Assembly: GCA_963777505.1 (NCBI GenBank)
Contig: CAVZQN010000003.1
Span: 480,001 to 544,000, forward strand
Source of the DNA: an uncultured bacterium
Lineage (GTDB): Bacteria > Acidobacteriota > HRBIN11 > JAKEFK01
Reading direction: 5' to 3'
DNA: 64,000 nucleotides
A program made the position numbers and the translations under genes. The notes below the pieces were generated by a model, which had not been told where the DNA came from, did not search any database, and saw only the letters and a list, made by a program, of their open reading frames with translations. Numbering within the stretch: the first letter of the stretch is position 1; each line of letters starts with the position of its first letter. This document shows positions 38,570 to 48,706 of the stretch, one piece after another.

Positions 38570-39649
38570 TCAGTAATGTGCCTGCTGTTGCTGTTTAATC
38601 AAGAGTTCGAACGGTTTTTTGTCGAAAGCTTTTAGATGAGCTTCATCTGCAGAAATGATCCCTTTATGGACCAGGTCAATCAACGCATTGTCGATCGTTT
38701 GCATTCCTTCATTCTTCCCGGCTTGAATAATGGATGTAATTTGCTGAATTTTCCCTTCACGAATGATCGTCGAAAGAGCAGGCGAGCCAAACAAGATTTC
38801 ATTGACTGCAACTCTGCCTTTTCCATCCTTTGTTCTGAGCAATTGCTGCGCAACGATTCCTTTCAACGAATCTGAAAGCATGATCCGCACCTGATTTTGT
38901 TGATCGGGTGGGAAGACATCTACGATACGATCAATTGTCTTTGCTGCGCTATTTGTGTGTACAGTTCCAAAAACAAGCTGACCGGTTTCGGCCAGTGTAA
39001 GCGCCAGCGAAATTGTTTCAAGGTCTCGCATTTCACCAACAAGAACCACATCTGCATCTTCGCGTCCAGCAGCACGCAACGCATTACCGAAGCCGCGAGT
39101 ATCCGCGCCGACTTCACGTTGAGTGATCAAGCAAGATTTGTTCGCATGAACAAATTCAATCGGATCTTCAATTGTGAGGATATGTTTATTGTAAGAAGCA
39201 TTGATGACATCGATGATTGCTGCAAGAGTGGTCGATTTCCCGCTGCCAGTGGGGCCTGTAACAAGGACCAGTCCGGCATGAAGATGCGCCAACTTTTCAA
39301 TCGCTTTAGGAAGTCCGAGTTGTTCGACGTTCCTTATTTTTTCCGGAATCAAACGGAATACTGCTCCCATTCCTGTGCGTTGCAAAAGATAATTGCAGCG
39401 GAAACGCGCAACACCTTCCAAACCGTACGCAAAATCCAGATCGTGCTTTTCTAAGAATTTGGCTTTTTGTGCAGGGCCAATAATTTCAAATAGAATTTCG
39501 ACAAGTTCATTGTGAGGGATAGGAGGCTCACCTTGAATGGGCTCCAGCTGTCCGTGAACTCTGATTTTGGGCGGTGTTCCGGCCAGGAAATGAATATCAG
39601 ATGCGTCTTCAGTTTTGACCAATTCAAAAAAACGATCGATCTTGGCCAT
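38570..39649 (-). CDS. pilT: Type IV pilus retraction ATPase (PilT/PilU paralog)
   Basis: GPTGSGKSTT, TIEDPIE, VGEMRDLET, GTVHT, ALSTIIRE. Confidence 0.9.
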   Translation of the reverse strand: MAKIDRFFELVKTEDASDIHFLAGTPPKIRVHGQLEPIQGEPPIPHNELVEILFEIIGPAQKAKFLEKHDLDFAYGLEGVARFRCNYLLQRTGMGAVFRLIPEKIRNVEQLGLPKAIEKLAHLHAGLVLVTGPTGSGKSTTLAAIIDVINASYNKHILTIEDPIEFVHANKSCLITQREVGADTRGFGNALRAAGREDADVVLVGEMRDLETISLALTLAETGQLVFGTVHTNSAAKTIDRIVDVFPPDQQNQVRIMLSDSLKGIVAQQLLRTKDGKGRVAVNEILFGSPALSTIIREGKIQQITSIIQAGKNEGMQTIDNALIDLVHKGIISADEAHLKAFDKKPFELLIKQQQQAHY

Positions 39650-39673
39650 TTTTATCCCCCCATAGGATTGCGT

Positions 39674-40729
39674 TTATATCGGCTTTGTAATTAATTTCTT
39701 GTTTTCAGCTCGTGCGAAACCCTGTTCATATGTAATGATTTTATCTTTTACAAGTTTCGACAGGGATTGATCCATGAGAACCATCCCTTCTTTTATGCCG
39801 ATCTGCATCATTGATGGAATTTGAAATGATTTTCCATCACGGATGACGTTTCCAATCGCAAGATTTGCTACAAGAACTTCGAACGCCATCACACGCCCTT
39901 TTCCGTGGGCGCGTGGGATCAATTGTTGGCTGATGACTCCACGCAATGAATCTGAGACCATTGCGCGAATTTGATTCTGTTGTGCAGGCGGATATGCATC
40001 AATAATGCGGTCCACAGTCTTTCCGGCATTTCGTGTATGGAGTGTGCCAAGCACCAGGTGTCCTGTTTCTGCCGCGGTAATAGCCATCGATATTGTTTCA
40101 AGATCGCGCATTTCACCTACAAGGATTACATCAGGATCTTCGCGAAGTGCTGCACGGAGCGCGCTGGCAAAACTTTCAGTGTGTCTGTGAACTTCACGCT
40201 GAGTTACATTGGCTAGTTTATTTGTATGAATGTATTCAATTGGATCTTCAAGAGTCACAATATGCACTTTTTTATTGCTGTTAATGTAATCGATCATCGC
40301 TGCAAGGGTCGTTGTTTTTCCACATCCTGATGGCCCTGTAACCAGTACAAGTCCCTGATGATGCTCGGTCATATTTTTAACAACAGGTGGCAAACCAAGA
40401 CTATCAAGAGTCGGAATCTCAGGAGAGATGACACGGAAGACTGCATCTACGCCTTTTCTTTGTTTTAGAACGTTGACACGGAAACGGCCTAAGCCGGTAG
40501 ATTGATAACAGAAATCGAGATCCATGTTTTTCGAAAAGTTTTCCTTCTGTTCAGGACTCAAGATCTCGTTGATCATTTCAAATGCATCTTTCGCACCAAC
40601 GGGATCCATTTTTATTGGCTTGAGTTCGCCATGAATTCGAATTAAAGGAGTGGTTTCCGAGCAGAAGTGAACGTCTGAAGCCCCTACACTCGCCGCGTAT
40701 TTCAGAATGTTATCGAGTCTTACTGCCAT
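39674..40729 (-). CDS. pilT: Type IV pilus retraction ATPase PilT
   Basis: GASDVH, GPSGCGKTTT, ALREDPDVILVGEMRD, TAAETGHLVLGTLHT. Confidence 0.93.
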   Translation of the reverse strand: MAVRLDNILKYAASVGASDVHFCSETTPLIRIHGELKPIKMDPVGAKDAFEMINEILSPEQKENFSKNMDLDFCYQSTGLGRFRVNVLKQRKGVDAVFRVISPEIPTLDSLGLPPVVKNMTEHHQGLVLVTGPSGCGKTTTLAAMIDYINSNKKVHIVTLEDPIEYIHTNKLANVTQREVHRHTESFASALRAALREDPDVILVGEMRDLETISMAITAAETGHLVLGTLHTRNAGKTVDRIIDAYPPAQQNQIRAMVSDSLRGVISQQLIPRAHGKGRVMAFEVLVANLAIGNVIRDGKSFQIPSMMQIGIKEGMVLMDQSLSKLVKDKIITYEQGFARAENKKLITKPI

Positions 40730-40775
40730 AAATCAGTAGCCTGCAAGTATAGCACACCCATTTTGGCCTTTGCGG

Positions 40776-43700
40776 TTAAAACACCGTTATCTCTTTGAAG
40801 CTGGCTGTCGCATCTTTGATGCGGAATCCTACGGCTCCGAATGGATTTCCTTGTGCTGATCCAGAGACAACGACCACGCCATCAACCGACACTGTAAATG
40901 TTCCGGAATTCAAATTGATGCGGATCCGATAGGTAACTCCAGTATTGAACGCCACATTTGCTTTGAGTTTCACTACCTTTGCGCCGTTCACTTTTCGGAT
41001 TACCTGGAGTTTGTCTTTGTCTTCACGTAAAACAACTTCAGTGTAATTTCTTTTATCTTCGAACCATCCCAACAATGAAATTTTTCCACCTGGAGCGTCG
41101 AACTGAATATCCGCTTCAATCGTGCATCCTGAACATCCTGAGTAGGGAGCAAGAGCATCTCCTTTTTTACTTGTGAATCCGGTGAGCGCTCCGCTCACAA
41201 CATTCCATGTCCCTTTTACAAAAGTCCAATCGGCTGCCTCACCATCTTCGAAATCATCTTTAAACAAAAACTGCGGTGCCCCGACTGAGAATTCTTGATT
41301 GACGCGCGAAATATTTCCTTGTTGATCTGCTGATTCAACGCGGATGTGCGCGTTTTGTGCCTGAGCTATTGGCGGCGAAATCTGAATTGAATACACTCCT
41401 GGCGCAACATTTTGAGCAAGATCAAAAAGTTCAGCTCCGGGAGGTCTTCCATTGATTGAGATGTCTGCAGTGACTGATAGTGATGAAGAATCTATTCCCG
41501 TATACGCATCGGCTGTTCCAAAACGGATTTCACCGATTGAGGTGCTATTTTGTCCCATGCGAGGTTTGCTTACTGAAAGCGATGGACGCATATCATCTAG
41601 AAACCATCCTAGATTTCCGTGACCCGATTCAACGCCAAAATTAATCGGGCAACCCAGATCGATCCATCGAGCAAAAGTCATTTTTTCATCGATCGTTAAT
41701 CCCTGGACGCCACTTCCAGAAGGCGGCATGATCGTGCCAGTGAAATCAAGATCAGCATCATTTCGATTAGAACCAGGTGGAACAATCGTAGAAAAATCAC
41801 CTGGTGTGGTTTCTGTTGGATGATCAGTATTGGTCCAACCATCGAGACGTTGTCCGAAAATTTTCCACATTAACAAACTTCTGCGGCTTTGGAATCTTCG
41901 GATGTAACGGCTGGCATTCGTTTGTCGCCATGTCCCATTGGTAATAATTGGCGGATAGCCCCAGCGTGCATTTTCATCGCGCGCAAGTTTTACATAATCG
42001 CGCGCAAGTCCAGTTTGACCATCAATCGAAGTATCATCCAGATCCAGGTTTCCATGAGGTGTTGGATTACTTGATGAATGACACGGTACACAACTTCGTT
42101 GCAAGAGCGGCCGTATGTGCTGATAAAACTCAACATTCACAACAGAAGTCGGTTCAGTTCGAAGTGTTGGATTTCCTTGCGTATCGTGACTCACAAGTGG
42201 CGTCATCGTTGTTAAATCCCACGGTTGATATCCACCGCTGCCGGCGACTGTCGTGCTAATGTCGAGCGGTTGCTGACTGTGAGCATGGCAACCTCCACAG
42301 TTCGATCGAATTTCACCTGGACGCACCTGATGCCATGTCTGTGCCATCGTTAGTACCATTCCATTTCTATCTAGCATTTGAAATGTGAACGGAGTGTCGG
42401 CAGGAATTTTTGCTAAAAAACTTGTATCAGGATTTCCTTCTTGATCAAGTATTGGTGTGCCATTTCCATTAAACTTTCGAACCGGGATTTCACCTAAGAT
42501 ACGCAGCCGTTCCATCGCATGACTGAAAAACCATTGAAAACCGCCGGGACCGCAACACGTACTATTCGGACCATAACTTCGATGTGTATTCGGCTCCATT
42601 GCAAGAAGACGGATCGCCCAAATATCGGAATTGTTATATTTTCCCGAATCGCTTCCTTGCCATAACCAGTTGCTGCTTTGCTCATTTTGCGAAGTATTAA
42701 ATACATCAAGACCATTGTAAATACTTGAACCTGTCGAAAATCCTGGAAAACTTTCACGTTTATATAAACTGCTTGTTCCGACCAATCCAAACGGCGTTCC
42801 AGCCGGCAGGTTTAAATGCAGTGAGCCATCATTTGGAAGCCATGGAATCAATGTTGGTTCAGAAACACCATGGACCGCTTGATAGGAAACAACAGCACGC
42901 GGCCATGCTTCGTTGTACTGCGGATTATTTTTGATCAACGTAAGTTGTGATGGACTGTTTACAATGTTGCCGCCAGCAATTACATAAATGCCGCTATCGT
43001 AGTAAGGAGTTGGTGTTGGACGATCCAGATCATTTGCCGGACCAGGAGTCCATGCAACCAGCAAATCATTATTCGGAGCGGCTGATGGATGCGTAAATTT
43101 TCCAACACGTACTCCACCGGATCCTTCCGGCGCAGCTTCATCATTCCCATGTGTGAAAGGTGAGATTGAAAACATGCCTCGGGGTGTAAACGGCATCTTA
43201 AATGGGTATAAAAATCCTTCTTCCACAGTTTGCTGGATTGACGGATTGTCTGCGGGAAATGCGCTGTGGAATGGTGGAGTTGCCGCTGGTGGATCCACAG
43301 GAAATCGGTAGAGAGCGCCGAAGCCATTGTTGTTCAAATTGTAATAATCGCAAACAACGATGTCTTCATTCGAAAGCTGCGTCATGAAATGAAAAGCTTG
43401 AGCTTGACGAAATGCGCTAACAACAGGTTGCCAGTTTCTACCATCAGGATAAATTGACCAGATTCCCCACACCCGGCTATCACGATTACCCTGACTTTCC
43501 AATGAACTAAACATGATTCTGCCATTGCGCAGCGGTGTCGGATGAAGCGCGCTGCCAATCGTCATCGGAGCAATGGGTGTAACGTTCGATCCGTCTTCAT
43601 CCATGACAAATAACTGCAGTGTCGGATTCGTTAATCCTTGCGGCGGAATGAATGCATTTCGATTGCTAACGAATGCAATCTTGCCTCCTGGTACTGGCGC

Positions 43701-44231
43701 AGGACCTAAATTTAGAATTCCGTATCCCAGATAGTTGAAACCTGCTGGAGGACTTTCAGGATCAGATTCATCCCAATTTCCAGATCCCATATTGGGTGTA
43801 AATTCGCCAAATGTGAGTTGTACTATCTGCCTGGTGCCAAGATGGATCTTGAAAATATCAGCACCACCATATGGCAAACCGCGTTGTGTATTAATATTTC
43901 CCGGTTCGTAAAAATAACTGTAATAAACCCACTGTCCATCGAAAGAAACAAATGGATCAGTAACAGATCCAGTCCCTGCATTCACAAGTACTTCTTCATT
44001 TCCATTGGGATGAAGAAGCATGAGATCGGCGCCTGGATCGATCCGCCCGGGATGAGACACCTCCGGCCAGGTCGTATTCGTGTTGTTGCCAAAACGAGGT
44101 TGTCTTACATAAACAATGTCGTAGGTGACTGCAAATGTATTCCCAAATGCGCATGCTGTGAGAATTAGTGCAATCAGGGTTAAACGGGATTTGCGGAAGG
44201 CGATGCCAAATCCTTCGATTGGAAGGCTCAT
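40776..44231 (-). CDS. Secreted di-heme c protein with hydrazine synthase alpha (HzsA)-like propeller and middle domains and a C-terminal LamG/DUF1080-like domain
   Basis: Signal peptide; DPFVSFDG propeller start; IPADTPFTFQMLDRNGM...VRPGE...CGGCH; second CVPCH; WIDLG; FKDDFEDG...W....G.W. Confidence 0.75.
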   Translation of the reverse strand: MSLPIEGFGIAFRKSRLTLIALILTACAFGNTFAVTYDIVYVRQPRFGNNTNTTWPEVSHPGRIDPGADLMLLHPNGNEEVLVNAGTGSVTDPFVSFDGQWVYYSYFYEPGNINTQRGLPYGGADIFKIHLGTRQIVQLTFGEFTPNMGSGNWDESDPESPPAGFNYLGYGILNLGPAPVPGGKIAFVSNRNAFIPPQGLTNPTLQLFVMDEDGSNVTPIAPMTIGSALHPTPLRNGRIMFSSLESQGNRDSRVWGIWSIYPDGRNWQPVVSAFRQAQAFHFMTQLSNEDIVVCDYYNLNNNGFGALYRFPVDPPAATPPFHSAFPADNPSIQQTVEEGFLYPFKMPFTPRGMFSISPFTHGNDEAAPEGSGGVRVGKFTHPSAAPNNDLLVAWTPGPANDLDRPTPTPYYDSGIYVIAGGNIVNSPSQLTLIKNNPQYNEAWPRAVVSYQAVHGVSEPTLIPWLPNDGSLHLNLPAGTPFGLVGTSSLYKRESFPGFSTGSSIYNGLDVFNTSQNEQSSNWLWQGSDSGKYNNSDIWAIRLLAMEPNTHRSYGPNSTCCGPGGFQWFFSHAMERLRILGEIPVRKFNGNGTPILDQEGNPDTSFLAKIPADTPFTFQMLDRNGMVLTMAQTWHQVRPGEIRSNCGGCHAHSQQPLDISTTVAGSGGYQPWDLTTMTPLVSHDTQGNPTLRTEPTSVVNVEFYQHIRPLLQRSCVPCHSSSNPTPHGNLDLDDTSIDGQTGLARDYVKLARDENARWGYPPIITNGTWRQTNASRYIRRFQSRRSLLMWKIFGQRLDGWTNTDHPTETTPGDFSTIVPPGSNRNDADLDFTGTIMPPSGSGVQGLTIDEKMTFARWIDLGCPINFGVESGHGNLGWFLDDMRPSLSVSKPRMGQNSTSIGEIRFGTADAYTGIDSSSLSVTADISINGRPPGAELFDLAQNVAPGVYSIQISPPIAQAQNAHIRVESADQQGNISRVNQEFSVGAPQFLFKDDFEDGEAADWTFVKGTWNVVSGALTGFTSKKGDALAPYSGCSGCTIEADIQFDAPGGKISLLGWFEDKRNYTEVVLREDKDKLQVIRKVNGAKVVKLKANVAFNTGVTYRIRINLNSGTFTVSVDGVVVVSGSAQGNPFGAVGFRIKDATASFKEITVF

Positions 44232-44356
44232 ACCTGGTCTCCTCTTTGTTCGTTGGCCTAACGAAAACGCAAAAGGAAAACAAAAATATTTTTCTTTTTT
44301 TAGAGTCTTTTTTTACGCTATTGCGTTGAATTCATTGTAGCATATACGGAGCAAAC

Positions 44357-44408
44357 GGGGACCGCGGACGTCCTCGTCCGCATAAGGGATCGCAGGCGTC
44401 TCGCCGGC
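44357..44408. repeat. REP-like pair (929-1035 family)
   Basis: GGGGACCGCGGACGTCCTCGTCCGCA-TAA-GGGATCGCAGGCGTCTCGCCGGC. Confidence 0.7.
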
Positions 44409-44416
44409 TAAATAAA

Positions 44417-45481
44417 ATGAACTATCGCAACATCTTAGCGACTTTAATCTTGAGCCTTATCGTTCCCACCGCCTTCCCTTGTGCCCCAGCGCCACCTCAG
44501 GGCAGAATCGTGCAGGTGCTGCAGGAATCAGCGGTAATCATTTGGGATGCTCAAGCGAAGACACAGCATTTCATTCGCAGCGCTGCATTCGATTCAGATT
44601 CTCCAGAGTTTGGTTTTTTGGTTCCAACTCCAACAGTGCCGCAGTTGAGTGAAGCGCCGCAAACGATTTTTACCACGATCGAGCAATGGACTGCTCCCAA
44701 AGTTGTGGATAAGAAGATACATGGCGTCCAGCCATTTTTCTTTTTCACGATGTTTTTCATGTTGAAAAGCTCAGATGATGCGCGAGTGATGTCATCGGCG
44801 CCACCTTCAGTTCGCGTTTTAGCATCTCAACAAGTTTCAGGATTTGATGCTGTCGTATTGGAGGCAGACAATGCTGAAGTTCTAAAAACGTGGTTGGAAG
44901 AACATCAATATGCAGTTCGTTCCGAATTAATGGAATGGGCAAATCCATATATAGAAAAGAAGTGGAAAATTTGTGCGTTTAAGATTGCGCATAGTGAAGA
45001 CGGTCAGCGTTTTGCAACTTCACCAGTTCGAATGAGTTTTACAACCGATCGTCCTTTCTTTCCCTATCGCGAACCTTCTGATCAACGCAAGGAGACAACG
45101 GATCTTCCGGGACGTGTCTTGCGAATGTTTGTGCTCAGCGATCAAAGACTGGATGCTGAATTAGGGAATACAGGAATATGGCCAGGGAAGACAATCTGGA
45201 GCGATCATCTGGAAACAGAACAAAGAAATACGATCATGAAGGAATTGTCTCTTGATTCAATTCCCACCAATCTATGGATGACTGCAATGGAAGATATTTC
45301 CTCTCCACGACCTGGAACCGATGATCTGTTTTTTGTTCCGGGCAAAGATCAGAGCAAGCTTCTTCCTCCTCCAATCGTGAATGAAATTGACCGGCGTATT
45401 CCTCTTCCAGTTGATTTGATTATTTTGCTGGCAATTGGAACGATCTTGATTGTGCGAAGAAAAAAGCGCAAGCGTTTATAA
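44417..45481 (+). CDS. DUF2330-like secreted protein with C-terminal membrane anchor
   Basis: Signal peptide then C-A; FGFLVPTP, L..WL...Y, PY....W...AFK, PVRMSF, PFFPY; C-terminal TM plus basic tail. Confidence 0.75.
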   Translation: MNYRNILATLILSLIVPTAFPCAPAPPQGRIVQVLQESAVIIWDAQAKTQHFIRSAAFDSDSPEFGFLVPTPTVPQLSEAPQTIFTTIEQWTAPKVVDKKIHGVQPFFFFTMFFMLKSSDDARVMSSAPPSVRVLASQQVSGFDAVVLEADNAEVLKTWLEEHQYAVRSELMEWANPYIEKKWKICAFKIAHSEDGQRFATSPVRMSFTTDRPFFPYREPSDQRKETTDLPGRVLRMFVLSDQRLDAELGNTGIWPGKTIWSDHLETEQRNTIMKELSLDSIPTNLWMTAMEDISSPRPGTDDLFFVPGKDQSKLLPPPIVNEIDRRIPLPVDLIILLAIGTILIVRRKKRKRL

Positions 45482-46201
45482 AGCTTCTTTCGTTATCGCA
45501 AGTGGTCTGGCGTGAACTGACTTTCGCGCATATAAAATAAGTGCAATCCACAGCAGTACTGCAATAACGCTTGCAACAATCGTTAAATTCTCTGCAAGCA
45601 ATACGAAATCGTAAAGACCATGAATGAGCATCGCAATAATCAATGAAGCTGCCTGAAGTAAGAAGCGCGTACTTCGATTGCGTGTTTGAAAGAATGCATA
45701 AGCGGTAGCAAATCCCCAAATCGATGCAAAGAGCGAATGAGTGATCGGTGCAGTAACAGCTCTGGCAAGATGATGAGGCCATGTCACAAGGTTTGTGTAT
45801 AGCAGGCTTTCAAAACTGGCAAATCCGATTGCGATTGCGCTGGAGTAGATTAATCCATCAATCGGTTCATCAAAATGAATACTTTTGAATATGAAAAATC
45901 TCGCTGCTATGAACTTAACACCTTCTTCAATCGGACCAACAAACAGCAGACAATAAAACAAAATTTGCCAGTTCGTTCCGCCAGGATCTTCAGGACCACC
46001 AAGAAAAGGAATCAAGTAATAGAGAGCGAGTCCAACAAGCGCTGAGCCTGCACCAAGTAAATAAGAGAGTGCCAGCATCCGCCTTGGCTCAGGCCGTAAA
46101 AAGTCTTTCAGATCAAAGTACTGCAGCCAGAACAAACTTGCCGCAGTAATAAAACCGAGCCCCCGAACCCAGGTGACGATACTTTCCCACACCACTAGCA
46201 C
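45476..46201 (-). CDS. PrsW family intramembrane metalloprotease
   Basis: PEP, GPIEEGVK, FDEPIDG, GFASFE, H..F, HGLYD. Confidence 0.9.
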   Translation of the reverse strand: MLVVWESIVTWVRGLGFITAASLFWLQYFDLKDFLRPEPRRMLALSYLLGAGSALVGLALYYLIPFLGGPEDPGGTNWQILFYCLLFVGPIEEGVKFIAARFFIFKSIHFDEPIDGLIYSSAIAIGFASFESLLYTNLVTWPHHLARAVTAPITHSLFASIWGFATAYAFFQTRNRSTRFLLQAASLIIAMLIHGLYDFVLLAENLTIVASVIAVLLWIALILYARKSVHARPLAITKEAL

Positions 46202-46252
46202 ACTATATAACAGAAGGTTGTGGGGCTCTCCGTGACTCTGCGGTGAATGCGC

Positions 46253-47521
46253 TTAAGGTTGTTTGAAGACTTGACCGGCTTTCATCACAAACACAACATT
46301 GCGAAGCGCCTTAATGTCTTGTGCCGGATTGCCTTTTACTGCAATGATGTCGGCAAATTTCCCGGCTTCGATCGTGCCGATCTGTTTTTCCATCCGCAAC
46401 AGTTCTGCTCCGGTTGTTGTTGCCGATCGGATCGCGTCTAACGGTGTCATTCCATATTCAACCATCCGCTCGAATTCACGAATGGAAGTTCCATGTTCGT
46501 AAGCGCCGACATCGGTTCCAAAGGCAATTTTAACGCCCATCTTCATCGCTTTTTGAAATACTAGTTTGTGATTTGCCACAACTTTGCGCGTCAATTCAGT
46601 ATCATCTTCCGGTATTTGAGGAATATAAACAGAAAGCGTGGGGCACCAATATGTGCCGTGTTTTACCAGAAGCTGCAACAGTTCATCTGACAAAAGCATT
46701 CCATGTTCGATCGAACGCACACCGCCAAGGATTGAATTTTTTGCACCATCGCCGCCATAAGCATGTGCCGATACATCGCGCCGCCAACGTTTTGCTTCTG
46801 CAACGACTGCTTCTACATCTTCCAATGAAACTTGACTGACCGGTTCGAGAGTTATTGGATCGATATGACGCATCGTCCCGGTCGCGTATAGTTTGATCCA
46901 ATCAGCTCCATATTTCACTTGACGCCGCACTTCGGCAATCATTGCATCGCGCGAATCAACAAGTGCAGATGGTTCAGGAATCTGAATGTCCGGATTCAAC
47001 CCTTTGTTGTTCATGTGTCCTGCTGTGATGCTCAGAGCAAGCGTTGATACAAGCATTCTGGGACCAGGAATAATTCCTTGATTGATTGCATCGCGAATAG
47101 CGACGTCCGCAAATCCTGCGCCTTCACTATCAAGATCGCGCATCGTAGTAAATCCTGCTTCAATATTTTTCTTCGCCGCTGCAACTCCTTGAACAGTTCT
47201 GAAAGATTGCGATTTTGTGATAATCGGCGGCACACCACGTTCATCTTCCGGCTGCAGCAAAATATGAGTGTGACAATCGATTAATCCGGGCAAAACAGTG
47301 TATTCGGAAAGGTCTATTACTTTTGCGCCCTCAGGAATTGTTTCCGCTGCTATTCTTTCAATACGATCACCACGGATTAGAATCACAACATTTTGTGAGA
47401 TTTTTCCATCTGGATTCAGCAAACTACCGGCGCGGATCGCGATGAGTGATTCTGTGGCTGCAAAGAGATTAAGCGGTATTAGGCATGCAAGTACAAGAAG
47501 GGCTCGAAATAGTTTCCACAT
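46253..47521 (-). CDS. Secreted amidohydrolase (Xaa-Pro dipeptidase-like)
   Basis: Signal peptide; PGLIDCHTH, GFTTMRD, GADWIK, AHAYG, SIEHG, FGTD, GKFADII. Confidence 0.92.
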   Translation of the reverse strand: MWKLFRALLVLACLIPLNLFAATESLIAIRAGSLLNPDGKISQNVVILIRGDRIERIAAETIPEGAKVIDLSEYTVLPGLIDCHTHILLQPEDERGVPPIITKSQSFRTVQGVAAAKKNIEAGFTTMRDLDSEGAGFADVAIRDAINQGIIPGPRMLVSTLALSITAGHMNNKGLNPDIQIPEPSALVDSRDAMIAEVRRQVKYGADWIKLYATGTMRHIDPITLEPVSQVSLEDVEAVVAEAKRWRRDVSAHAYGGDGAKNSILGGVRSIEHGMLLSDELLQLLVKHGTYWCPTLSVYIPQIPEDDTELTRKVVANHKLVFQKAMKMGVKIAFGTDVGAYEHGTSIREFERMVEYGMTPLDAIRSATTTGAELLRMEKQIGTIEAGKFADIIAVKGNPAQDIKALRNVVFVMKAGQVFKQP

Positions 47522-47542
47522 GGCGTCTCATTATAGCTGAAA

Positions 47543-48706
47543 CTAAACCATGAAACTTTTTGCAGGATTGATTTCCTTTAAGATTGGACGATCGAGTTTG
47601 AATAACCCTAGATCGGCTTCAGTGGAGCCATTGATGGCGAGTTCGCTCAAAGTTTTTCCGATCACTGATGCAAACTTGAATGCATGACCTGCTCCAATTG
47701 CAACAAAGCAATTCTGTCGTGGGCCAACTGAATCAATGACAAAATCGCGATCCGGAGTCAATGTATACAAGCAGGATTTTGTGTAAAGAACATTCTTAAT
47801 GTCGGGCAGCATCTTTTTCATAAATGCACTCAACCTTGCGAATGCATCAGGATCCGTTTCAAATGTGCGTGTGTCAGCTGTGACTTCTTTTCCGCCAACG
47901 TCCTGTCCTGCTTTGATTGCTTGTTCACCAAAGGCGGGAAAGCCGTAATAGCATGGTTCATCCATCCAAATCCAGACAGGGAATTTTTCAGGCGCATATT
48001 TCGAAAGATCACGAGGCACAAAATATACGACCTGTTCCTGAGTGATGGTTAAAGGCAATTTGATATCAAATGTGCTCAACAAATCATTTGACCACGGACC
48101 TCCCGTAAGAATTAGTTTCTTGCAGCGGATTGCGGTATCTTTCAATTCAACTTCGTATTCTCCGCCGATTTCACGAATGGATCTTACAGACGAATGTTCT
48201 TTTAAAAGTGCTCCATTCATTCTCGCCATTTTTTGGTGAGCGAAATTCGCACGGGCTGCAGCAGCGATGCCACCTTCCGATTGAAATAAACCTGTCGTTC
48301 CATCCGGAAGTTGAAATTGGGGAAATCGTTTTTGAATTTCCGGAAGGTCTAGAATCTCATAGGGTACATTGCAAGCAGATAAACTTTCGGTGTAATCAGA
48401 CATCGGAATAATTGCATTTGTAGGCCAAAGATCCAGCCCACCAGTCCGGATTACAATTTCTTGCCCTGAGTCTGTTTCTATACTCTTCCAGGCTTCATAT
48501 GCTTGCTTCGCAAGACGAACATATTCAGGTTTGTGATAGGACAAACGAATAATGCGAGAGTGATCCTGCGATTCTCCACGCACGTGACCTAATTCAAATT
48601 GTTCAAGTCCTAGAACTTCAGCTCCTGCGGTGCGTGATAACCAATACGCGGCAGCGCTTCCTATACCACCAAGGCCGATAACGATGTATTCAAACTCGCG
48701 TTTCAT
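47543..48706 (-). CDS. Monomeric sarcosine oxidase / N-methyl-L-tryptophan oxidase family flavoenzyme
   Basis: GLGGIGSA, SRIIRLSY, YYGFP, CLYTLTPD (FAD-attachment Cys region), GHAFKF. Confidence 0.9.
   Translation of the reverse strand: MKREFEYIVIGLGGIGSAAAYWLSRTAGAEVLGLEQFELGHVRGESQDHSRIIRLSYHKPEYVRLAKQAYEAWKSIETDSGQEIVIRTGGLDLWPTNAIIPMSDYTESLSACNVPYEILDLPEIQKRFPQFQLPDGTTGLFQSEGGIAAAARANFAHQKMARMNGALLKEHSSVRSIREIGGEYEVELKDTAIRCKKLILTGGPWSNDLLSTFDIKLPLTITQEQVVYFVPRDLSKYAPEKFPVWIWMDEPCYYGFPAFGEQAIKAGQDVGGKEVTADTRTFETDPDAFARLSAFMKKMLPDIKNVLYTKSCLYTLTPDRDFVIDSVGPRQNCFVAIGAGHAFKFASVIGKTLSELAINGSTEADLGLFKLDRPILKEINPAKSFMV

Noticed and set aside
38570-40729. Tandem pilT genes as unusual
   Set aside because: Paired PilT/PilU paralogs are common in type IV pilus-bearing bacteria.
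40776-44231. Evidence for anammox metabolism
   Set aside because: No hzsB/hzsC, hao or hdh in the window; extra C-terminal domains; surrounding genes do not suggest an anammox organism.
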